This document shows positions 7,428-14,448 of a stretch of DNA of 14,683 bases, piece after piece. The stretch spans positions 1-14,683 of the forward strand of contig JBDIWC010000075.1 in the NCBI GenBank assembly GCA_039794085.1, given 5' to 3'. A model generated the notes under the pieces. It saw only the letters and a list, made by a program, of their open reading frames with translations, was not told the origin of the DNA and did not search any database. The translations under genes were made by a program, and so were the position numbers. Position 1 is the first letter of the stretch. Each line of letters starts with the position of its first letter. This DNA comes from Gemmatimonadales bacterium (lineage in GTDB: Bacteria; Gemmatimonadota; Gemmatimonadetes; Gemmatimonadales; GWC2-71-9).

Positions 7428-7512
7428 CGTCACCCCGGCGAACCACGTCCCCGCGAAAGCGGGGAGCCGGGGTCCATTCTCACGCTTCACCCTTCACACT
7501 TTGAGCTTCCAG
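7428..7512 (+). repeat. CGTC-REP with a nested 23-bp hairpin, followed by CTTCACN heptamers
   Basis: CGTCACCCCGGCGAA [CCACGTCCCCGCGAAAGCGGGGA] GCCGGGGTCCA, then TCTCACG CTTCACC CTTCACA CTTTGAG CTTCCAG. Paralleled at 13061-13146. Confidence 0.85.
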
Positions 7513-7521
7513 AACCCCTCA

Positions 7522-7550
7522 GGGCCAGTTGCGCGAAGCGCGCTGAGCCC
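7522..7550. terminator. GC-rich hairpin just after the DUF5916 stop; possible terminator
   Basis: GGGC-CAG-TT-GCGC GAA GCGC-G-CTG-A-GCCC. No clear U-tract. Confidence 0.4.
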
Positions 7551-7555
7551 GGCCT

Positions 7556-9934
7556 TCAGTTGGTCCGGAACAGGTAGCTCATCTTCAGGAAGAACGCATC
7601 CTGCACCCGGTGCAGTCCCCGGGGCGTCGCGTCGAGGTTGGGGTCCTCGAGGGTATTTCCATACCCGGCGAAGAATACCGTCCCCGGGCTCGGCAGGATG
7701 GACAGGAGGAGGTCGCCGCGGAAGGTCTCCTGGTGGAAGGCAAGGGCACCCTCCCGCTCGAAGAGGCCGGTGGCTGGATTGAGGAGGAGCAGCGGGTCGT
7801 CGCTCCGGAAGTCGTCCCGCAGGTCATCCTGCCGGGTGGAGCGGTACTCCCCCACCAGGCGCAGGAAGATGCTCCGGCTGAGCTGATACTCCACCTTGAC
7901 CCGCGGAATGTCGGTGACGCTCACCGTCGATCCATCGGTGCGGCGTGCGTACCGCTGGTGCACCCAGGTTCCGTCCACCCGGATCTTTCCCGTGGGCCGT
8001 AACTGGAGTCCCGCGGTGGCGATGGAGACGTTGGCCGAGGACCATTCGAAGAAGTTCTCGTCCCGTCCCCAGATGTACTGGACGTTGCCCGAGATGCCCC
8101 GGATCCGGGGCATGGTGACGCTCACCACGTAGTCGAGATTGGGGAGCCGGGCGGTGGCCTGCGGCACGAAGTCGTTGTAGGGGATGGTGTCCACCTGCGC
8201 ACCGTTCCGTCGCTCAACAGCAACACCCTGATAGAGCCGGGGATCGTAGCCGAAGGATTCGACCAGCACCGACGCGCCGAGCGACCAGCCGCCGCGGAGG
8301 GACACGTTCTGGTTGAAATGGAGCTTCCGGTCCTGGGCCGGGCGTCCGTGCACGAAGTCGTCGTAGACCCAGGTCCCGTCCACCGCCACCTCCATCGAAC
8401 CCCGCTCGAACAGACTCCCCGGCCGCCCGTAGATGCTGAGTTGGTTCGACACTCGAGCCGTGGCAATTCCCGCCCGGCTGATGAACCCGCTCTGGGCCCG
8501 GAAGTCCCGGTGCACGCCGCGCACGTTGACCCGTCCCGCCCAGGTGCGTCCCGCCCGGTTGAGGGTGGCCTGCCAGAGTGGGGCGGACAGGGAGGACGCC
8601 GTGCCGCCCCGGTCGGTCCAACTGTTGGCGGCCTGCAATTGAACCGACCAGGGCCCGCCCAGGACAAAGTTCCCGTCGACGCCGGCCACCCGATTGCTTC
8701 GGTCCCCATCCACCCGGTCGGTATAGACCATCCCGACCCGGGATTGCCGACCGAGGTCATGCTGCACCCGAAGGAGGTTGAAAACCGGGTTGTCGGATCC
8801 AGTGGCGGAGACCCCTTGGTCATCCATCGCCCCGATGTAACCGATCGTGGTGCGTCCGGTCTTTCCGGTCAGCTTCACCGCGCCGAGCGGTTCCAGGATG
8901 CGGCGGGTGTAAATGAGCCGGTTCGGGGTGGAAAAGTTCTCCAGGCCGTCGAGGAAGAAGGGGCGCCGTTCGGCGAAGAAGAGGGCGCTCCGGGGGTCAA
9001 AAACCACCTGGCCCGCATCCGATTCGACCTCGGCGAAATCAGGTCTCACCGTGCCGTTCAGGTTGAGGTTCGGTGTGATCCCCCATCGCACGTTGGTCCC
9101 GAACTCGGGGGAACCCCCCCGGTAGTCCCATTGCCCGGTCTGAGGGTGCGCGGCGCCGCTCCGCTTGGATGTCACCACCGGGGAGACATCGAGCACCAGC
9201 CCCCGGTTCAGTCCGTGCAACCCTTCGAGAGTTCCTCCCTGGCCGAGAAAGGTCGGGGCCGAGCGGATGGCGGGCGCCCAACTGTCCTCATGGCCGAGGC
9301 TCTGAACCTGGCGGGTGACGGAGATGCCCCAGGTTTGCCGGTCAATGCTTTGGTAGCGCAGACTCTTGAACGGAATCCGGACCTCGATCTCGAATCCGTA
9401 CTCGGTGAGTCGTCCCTTCGACTGATAGACAAAATCCTGGCTTGCGTCGATCGATTCCCGCCCGATCCGCTGCCCGCTGAATCCACCCCCCGACGTGGAC
9501 CCGGTCTCGGCCAGGGACCCGTCTCCCTGAACCCCATACGGGTTGACACCGAAGACCAGGGCCTGCCTGCCGTCGTTGAAGGTGCTCAGAAAGAAGAGAA
9601 GGTGGTCGTCGGAAAAGATCCGGTCCCGGTCGGCCAGAGTCGCCCGCACCGACCCCGCGCGTGCATGGGCCCGGACTCCGAAGTGGATCGCGCTCGGTGA
9701 GTACCAGACCAGGATTTCGGTTCGATTCTCGGCGGGGATTCCGTCGTTCGGCGCGTAGCGGGAGAAGCCGGTGAGCACCGCGGCCCTGGCCCAAGGTGCC
9801 TCGTCCAGGATCCCGTCGACCGTGATGGAAGCCTCGATCCGGGGGGGATCCACCGCGAGCTGGCGGTCCACTCCGCTGTAGACGGGTCCGGTGGAGTCGG
9901 CGAGCGCCAAGAGGGCGAACAGAAACCCGTGCAT
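7556..9934 (-). CDS. CBM9-like/DUF5916 domain outer-membrane protein, about 792 aa
   Basis: N-terminal hydrophobic stretch. ITVDGILDEAPW, FGVNPYGVQGD, EIEVRIPFKSLRY (CBM9/DOMON-like). VRPDFAEVESD, LFFAERRPFFLDG, LIYTRRI (DUF5916). Beta-barrel-type C-terminus FFLKMSYLFR. Confidence 0.88.
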   Translation of the reverse strand: MHGFLFALLALADSTGPVYSGVDRQLAVDPPRIEASITVDGILDEAPWARAAVLTGFSRYAPNDGIPAENRTEILVWYSPSAIHFGVRAHARAGSVRATLADRDRIFSDDHLLFFLSTFNDGRQALVFGVNPYGVQGDGSLAETGSTSGGGFSGQRIGRESIDASQDFVYQSKGRLTEYGFEIEVRIPFKSLRYQSIDRQTWGISVTRQVQSLGHEDSWAPAIRSAPTFLGQGGTLEGLHGLNRGLVLDVSPVVTSKRSGAAHPQTGQWDYRGGSPEFGTNVRWGITPNLNLNGTVRPDFAEVESDAGQVVFDPRSALFFAERRPFFLDGLENFSTPNRLIYTRRILEPLGAVKLTGKTGRTTIGYIGAMDDQGVSATGSDNPVFNLLRVQHDLGRQSRVGMVYTDRVDGDRSNRVAGVDGNFVLGGPWSVQLQAANSWTDRGGTASSLSAPLWQATLNRAGRTWAGRVNVRGVHRDFRAQSGFISRAGIATARVSNQLSIYGRPGSLFERGSMEVAVDGTWVYDDFVHGRPAQDRKLHFNQNVSLRGGWSLGASVLVESFGYDPRLYQGVAVERRNGAQVDTIPYNDFVPQATARLPNLDYVVSVTMPRIRGISGNVQYIWGRDENFFEWSSANVSIATAGLQLRPTGKIRVDGTWVHQRYARRTDGSTVSVTDIPRVKVEYQLSRSIFLRLVGEYRSTRQDDLRDDFRSDDPLLLLNPATGLFEREGALAFHQETFRGDLLLSILPSPGTVFFAGYGNTLEDPNLDATPRGLHRVQDAFFLKMSYLFRTN

Positions 9935-10087
9935 GCAGGATGTTCCGCGGTGGCGAGGAGTACTGGATGGTGGTGACGGCAACCAAGGGTGTCAACTGCC
10001 TGACGATCGGAATCGCCGACGGGTTTCAGTTCGCTGACAGCCTGTAATGCCACGGTACCTTCACTCACCTTGGAGTCTCCAGTCAAT

Positions 10088-10176
10088 CGTCATGTCCGCC
10101 GGAGCCAAAGAGGAGGATCCCTGCCAACCCAAGGCCTGGAGAAGGACAATGGGTTCCCGCGTTCCCGTGAATGACG
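10088..10176. repeat. Degenerate inverted pair of CGTC-REPs (REPIN-like doublet)
   Basis: CGTCATGTCCGC...GGATCCC on + (10088-10121) faces CGTCATTCACGGGAACGCGGGAACCC on - (10176-10151). Confidence 0.6.
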
Positions 10177-10443
10177 GGTATTGGCTGTCCGCCAAATGAA
10201 CGGAGCCTCCTCGATTACCAGAAGGGTGTGTTGCGGTGTCTTCCTGACGCTGACGCGAGAGGGCAAGCAAGATCGGGTGGCGCCGCTCTGGACACGCCAC
10301 TTCACCGGCCGATTCCGTGCGACACGGTCGGTTCCGGGGGATTCGGAGCGGTTGTCCGGGCTCGGATCCGGTCCTGAAGCGGGGACGATTCGATCAAGGA
10401 GCTCGACCCGGCATCCCGACGCGGAGAAGGGCACCCGCGAAGA

Positions 10444-11034
10444 TCATCCGGAGCCCATCACACTCGCCACGCGACGCCGGAGTTCGGGAAGCAACTCCCG
10501 CTCGAACCAGGGATGCCGCCGGAGCCAGATGTTGTTCCGCGGGCTGGGGTGAGGCAATGGAATGTGGGTGGGAAGGAAGTCACGCCACGCCGCCACCGTG
10601 TCCGTGACGGAACCGGCGGGCTGGAAATGATGGGCCATCGCGTACCGGCCCACCACCAGGGTCAGCCGGACGTGCGCCAGGCGGGGGAGGAGCCGAGGGT
10701 GCCACTCGCGGGCGCACTCCGGCCGCGGAGGATTGTCCCCGTTCCGCCCCCGGCCCGGATAGCAGAACCCCATCGGCACCAGCGCCACCCGGGAGGCGGT
10801 GTAGAACACGTCGCGGGTGATGCCGAGCCAGTCCCGCAACCGCTCGCCACTTGCATCGTCCCAGGGAACCCCGGTCTGATGGACTCTCAGTCCCGGTGCC
10901 TGTCCGACGATGAGGAGTCGCGCCTTCGGGTGTGCCGCGACAATGGGCCTTGGACCGAGCGGCAGATGTGCGGCACAGAGGCGGCACGCGGCGATCGAGT
11001 CGAGCAACGCGGCGAAGGAATCGTTGGAGGTCAT
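10444..11034 (-). CDS. Uracil-DNA glycosylase superfamily protein, 196 aa
   Basis: ACRLC, IVGQAPG, WDDASGERLRDWLG, PMGFCYPG, PPRPEC, LPHPSPRN. ATGA overlap with the cupredoxin gene. Confidence 0.93.
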   Translation of the reverse strand: MTSNDSFAALLDSIAACRLCAAHLPLGPRPIVAAHPKARLLIVGQAPGLRVHQTGVPWDDASGERLRDWLGITRDVFYTASRVALVPMGFCYPGRGRNGDNPPRPECAREWHPRLLPRLAHVRLTLVVGRYAMAHHFQPAGSVTDTVAAWRDFLPTHIPLPHPSPRNNIWLRRHPWFERELLPELRRRVASVMGSG

Positions 11035-11369
11035 CGGGCCACGAGGATCCCAGTCATGAGCGGATGATACTCACAGCGATACTCGCCCGGCGAGTCGTCC
11101 CTGACTACGAGCGTGAACGACTCTCCGGAGGCGAGGAGTCTGGAATCCCATCGACCCTCAACGCCGGTGACGGTGTGGGGGACGATGTCGCGGTTGGCCC
11201 AGGTGACGGTATCCCCCGGAGAGACCTCGAGGCGGGCCGGAGCAAAGGTGAGCTCCTCGATTGCCACCTCACGATGTCGAGGCCCGGGGGTCGCCGAGCC
11301 GCGGCAGGCGGACACCGCCACCAGAGCGGCGGCGCCCACCGTGACTCGCCTTGCGGTGGAACGGGTCAC
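11031..11369 (-). CDS. Cupredoxin (amicyanin/plastocyanin-like type-1 copper protein), probable lipoprotein, 112 aa
   Basis: FAPARLEVSPGDTVTWANRDIVPHTVT ... YRCEYHPLMTG gives H, C, H, M ligands. VSA-C lipobox. GTGA overlap with the DUF4142 gene. Confidence 0.92.
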   Translation of the reverse strand: MTRSTARRVTVGAAALVAVSACRGSATPGPRHREVAIEELTFAPARLEVSPGDTVTWANRDIVPHTVTGVEGRWDSRLLASGESFTLVVRDDSPGEYRCEYHPLMTGILVAR

Positions 11370-11902
11370 CTGCCCGCCACCGACCGTGCCAGCTCCCCCG
11401 CGTGCTTTTCATGACCCCGAAAGATGGCCAGCGCTCCCTCGAAGGCCTTCTTCACCTCGGGGTGCTTGAGGGCCGGAAGGAACTGGTTGGCCACGACACC
11501 GTTGACGGTCTGGTGGTACGCCAACTCGTTCTGGATGTAGGCCCGGTCGAAGGCCTCACCGCGCAGGCGGCTCAGCTTGTCCTTCTGCGAAGCCGCATCC
11601 GAGAGCAGGCTGCGGCTCATGGCGTTGTCCTTGGCGGACACCTTGAGTCGTGCGGCCAGCGCCGCGATCTGCCCATTCACCGCCTCGTGGTCACGGATCA
11701 TCGTCTCCGCAAAGTTGCGAACGGCCTGATTGGTCGAAAAGGCCAGCGCAAGATGAGCATAGCCAATGTCGATCTGGCTGGCCACCACAGCCACATGGGT
11801 CATCTCGAGATCATCAAGCGGGGCCTGGGCCCGGGCCTGAGGAATGCCCACGCTGGTCCCGAGCAGCAGGGCCATGACTGTCCACGTCTTGTTTCCGCGC
11901 AT
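11366..11902 (-). CDS. Secreted DUF4142 (ferritin-like) protein, 178 aa
   Basis: Signal peptide ending ARA. VRNFAETMIRDH, FDRAYIQNELAYHQ, HEKHA. AAGGAG RBS. Confidence 0.9.
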   Translation of the reverse strand: MRGNKTWTVMALLLGTSVGIPQARAQAPLDDLEMTHVAVVASQIDIGYAHLALAFSTNQAVRNFAETMIRDHEAVNGQIAALAARLKVSAKDNAMSRSLLSDAASQKDKLSRLRGEAFDRAYIQNELAYHQTVNGVVANQFLPALKHPEVKKAFEGALAIFRGHEKHAGELARSVAGR

Positions 11903-11963
11903 TTCACCAGCTCCTTGAAAGAGGGTTGTTCTTCTGTGACGCGGGAATGATGACGCCAATCAA

Positions 11964-12011
11964 GGACCGGGTCCATTGCTGAACGTCCCCAATAGATGGC
12001 CATTCGTTCAG
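11964..12011. promoter_or_regulatory. Candidate operator(s) in the divergent DUF4142/AraC promoter region
   Basis: Inverted repeat CTGAACG-N19-CGTTCAG (11979-12011) and palindrome GGACC-G-GGTCC (11964-11974). Confidence 0.4.
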
Positions 12012-12053
12012 GCTTCGGTTGTATCTGCCACTGCATGAGGTATCTTGGTGACA

Positions 12054-12992
12054 ATGGACACGCTTAGCGACATTCTGTCGACCCTCCGGTTGCAGGGGAC
12101 CCTCTATTTCCACACGGAGTTCCGGCCGCCGTGGGGACTGCGGGTCCCTCGCTTCCGGCGGGTGGCCCGGTTCCACATGGTGGTGCGCGGAACGTGTTGG
12201 GTCCGGGTGATCGGAGGCGGGGATCCCGTTCTGCTCGAGGCGGGTGACCTGATGCTGGTCACGAGCGGATCGGAGCATGTCCTGGCGGACACCCCGGACA
12301 CCCCGTGCCGGATGGTGGATGACGTGGTGCGGGAGGCCGGCTTCACGGGTCACGGGGCCCTGGTGCTTGGTGCTTCCGATCAGGGAGGTCCGACTCGATT
12401 GGTCTGTGGCCACTTCGAATTCGACGACAAGTTCGAGCACCCGTTCCTGGACCAGTTGCCTCCGGCCATCGTGGTCCGGTCCGATGAACATGTGTCGAAT
12501 CCCGGATTGGAGGAGGCCTTCCACTTCGTGGCGCGGGAGGTCCGGACCGATCGCCCGGGGAACGGGGCGGTGGTGACACGCCTTTCCGAGGTGCTGTTCG
12601 TGCAGGCGGTGCGGCATTGGGTGGAGCGGGCGGACAACGAGACGGGAATCGTGGCCGCGCTCCGGGACCCGGGGCTCGGCCAGGCGCTCGCGGCAGTTCA
12701 CTCCGCGCCCACCACACCGTGGACGCTCGAAGCGCTGGGGCGGATCGCGGCCATGGGGAGGACGGCGTTCGCCACGCGCTTCCGCCAGGTGGTGGGGATG
12801 CCCCCCATGGAATACCTCACCGCCTGGAGGATGCAACTTGCCAAGCGCCTGCTGAGAGAGACCCACCTCTCCCTGGACCAGATTGCCGCTCGGGTTGGCT
12901 ATAACTCGGCGGCGTCGTTTTCCCGGGTGTTCACGCGGCACGTAGGAGACCGCCCGGGTTCCTATCGTCGCCTTCTCCGGAGTGAGTGCTGA
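12054..12992 (+). CDS. AraC-family transcriptional regulator with N-terminal cupin_6 domain (RclR/YkgD-like architecture), 312 aa
   Basis: MDTLSDIL, PPWG, FHMVVRGTCW, LVCGHF. HTHs WTLEALGRIAAMGRTAFATRF and IAARVGYNSAASFSRVF...PGSYR. Confidence 0.95.
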   Translation: MDTLSDILSTLRLQGTLYFHTEFRPPWGLRVPRFRRVARFHMVVRGTCWVRVIGGGDPVLLEAGDLMLVTSGSEHVLADTPDTPCRMVDDVVREAGFTGHGALVLGASDQGGPTRLVCGHFEFDDKFEHPFLDQLPPAIVVRSDEHVSNPGLEEAFHFVAREVRTDRPGNGAVVTRLSEVLFVQAVRHWVERADNETGIVAALRDPGLGQALAAVHSAPTTPWTLEALGRIAAMGRTAFATRFRQVVGMPPMEYLTAWRMQLAKRLLRETHLSLDQIAARVGYNSAASFSRVFTRHVGDRPGSYRRLLRSEC

Positions 12993-13030
12993 AGCCCCCC
13001 CGGGGGCGGTCTCCCCCGGGGGCTGTGTTT
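12993..13030 (+). terminator. Probable intrinsic terminator after the AraC gene
   Basis: AGCCCCC(CC)GGGGG...CCCCCGGGGGCT hairpin immediately after the TGA, followed by GTGTTT. Confidence 0.65.
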
Positions 13031-13060
13031 CGAGCTATCATTGGGGAATCTCTGGTCAAT

Positions 13061-13146
13061 CGTCATCCCCGCGAAGCCTGTTTCCGCGAAAGCGGGGAGC
13101 GGGTCCACACCCATCGATCTTCGAACTTCACACTTCAAACTTCTGG
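13061..13146 (+). repeat. CGTC-REP with a nested 23-bp hairpin, followed by CTTCNNA heptamers
   Basis: CGTCATCCCCGCGAA [GCCTGTTTCCGCGAAAGCGGGGA] GCGGGTCCA, then CTTCGAA CTTCACA CTTCAAA CTTCTGG. Confidence 0.85.
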
Positions 13147-13154
13147 AGTCCCCC

Positions 13155-14114
13155 ATGATTCTCTCTCTCGCTCTCGGCTTCTCCCTGGCGGCGTCCCCGG
13201 TGCTGATGCAGGACACCGTCCGCTTCACACCCACGATCCAGCAGCCGACCTTCGCCAAACGGGAACCGGTCCTCCGGATCAAGCCCGGCACGGTGCTCAT
13301 CAGCACCACCCACTTCGGGCCCTACTATACGCCGGAAGGAGGTGCATTCCCCGGTGAGGTCGGCCCATTCTGGATCGAGGGCGCCACGCCCAACGACATG
13401 CTGAAGATCGAGGTGATCCGGGTCCACCCCGATCACCGCTACGCCGCCTCCCAGATCTACCCTGATTTCGGCGGGCTCGGCACCGAGAGCAGGGTGCGCT
13501 TCCTCAACGAGAAGCTCGAGCCCAGGCGATACCTCTGGGAGATCGACACGGTCCGCAACGTGGCCACGACCCCGATGCCCGACAGCCGGGTGGGGCGCAT
13601 GGAACTCGATCTTCAGCCGATGCTCGGCCGGCTGGCCGTGGCGCCCCGCGGCGATGAGGCCTTTGCCGGACTCTGGCCCGGCGACTTTGGCGGCAACATG
13701 GACGCGCCGGAAGTGAAGCCGGGCACCACGGTGTATCTCCCGGTCTTTCACGAGGGGGCTTACTTCTATTTTGGAGACGGCCACGCACGCCAGGGCCAGG
13801 GCGAGGTGAATGGCACCGGCCTCGAAACCAGCATGGACGTGGTGCTCAAGATCGACCTCATCAAGGGAAAGGCGATCGAGTGGCCGCGCCTGGAGGACGC
13901 TGAGCACATCATGGTGGCGGGGAGTGCCCGCCCCCTCATCGATGCGTTCCGCCTGGCCCATGTGGAACTGATCGAATGGCTCGTGGAGGAGTACGGCTTC
14001 TCGAAGATGGATGCCTACACCCTGCTTGGGCAGGCGGGAGAGAGCACGGTGGCCAACATCGTGGATCCGAACTACACCGTGGTGGCGAAGATCAAGAAGC
14101 GCTACATCAGGTAG
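13155..14114 (+). CDS. Acetamidase/formamidase (FmdA_AmdA) family protein with signal peptide, 319 aa
   Basis: GGAG RBS. Hydrophobic N-terminus MILSLALGFSLAA. GPFWIEGA, FGGNMD, YLPVFHEGA, GDGHARQGQGEVNGTGLE, DAYTLL. Confidence 0.92.
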   Translation: MILSLALGFSLAASPVLMQDTVRFTPTIQQPTFAKREPVLRIKPGTVLISTTHFGPYYTPEGGAFPGEVGPFWIEGATPNDMLKIEVIRVHPDHRYAASQIYPDFGGLGTESRVRFLNEKLEPRRYLWEIDTVRNVATTPMPDSRVGRMELDLQPMLGRLAVAPRGDEAFAGLWPGDFGGNMDAPEVKPGTTVYLPVFHEGAYFYFGDGHARQGQGEVNGTGLETSMDVVLKIDLIKGKAIEWPRLEDAEHIMVAGSARPLIDAFRLAHVELIEWLVEEYGFSKMDAYTLLGQAGESTVANIVDPNYTVVAKIKKRYIR

Positions 14115-14128
14115 GGAGTAGGGAGTAG
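14112..14128 (+). repeat. Short TAGGGAG heptamer array that includes the acetamidase stop codon
   Basis: TAGGGAG TAGGGAG TAG. The first TAG is the stop codon and the last TAG begins the 51-bp repeat head. Confidence 0.75.
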
Positions 14129-14448
14129 TCCCTTACGGACAAGATTGAACGCAAGACGGCAACAATATTGTGGGCGACTCCCGACCCCCCCCGCCGACCG
14201 TTCGGGTCACGGCGATCGCATCGGCCGCGCCGTGCAAGGGGATTGGCCACAAAAAGCACAGAAGTCGCAAGAGGCACACCTCGGTGCGCATGGGGTCCCA
14301 CCAGGGGCGAGAGAGGTTTCTGTGCCTTTTGTGCTTCTTGTGGTTGGCTCTGGGGGTGGGGAGAGGTACTCGGGCAGGACCGGAACCCATGCCCAAGAAA
14401 ACCCACGCGCGACCCCGAGGCGCCTCTATGGTTCCGGCTGTGCCGGCT
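14119..14448 (+). repeat. About 330-bp modular repeat unit, copy 1 (putative non-autonomous element)
   Basis: Aligns with 14449-14683 along the available length. Contains the 51-bp head, a ~100-bp hairpin with 9-bp-period arms (14245-14345), and a second degenerate IR pair CCGGAACC (14380-14387) / GGTTCCGG (14430-14437). Confidence 0.92.

Noticed and set aside
10061..10552. Small ORFs 10061-10300, 10090-10434 and 10181-10552
   Set aside because: They overlap REP-like repeats, have low-complexity R/P/G/S composition, and show no RBS or family motif.
12054..12992. Naming the regulator rclR
   Set aside because: The architecture is the same, but the N-terminal Cys equivalent appears absent and no rclABC-like genes are adjacent.
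234..13961. Long opposite-strand or alternate-frame ORFs (e.g. 234-1406, 2438-3844, 3860-4756, 6450-7370, 8318-9700, 11904-12941, 13128-13961)
   Set aside because: They are shadows of well-supported genes in high-GC DNA and show no recognisable motifs.
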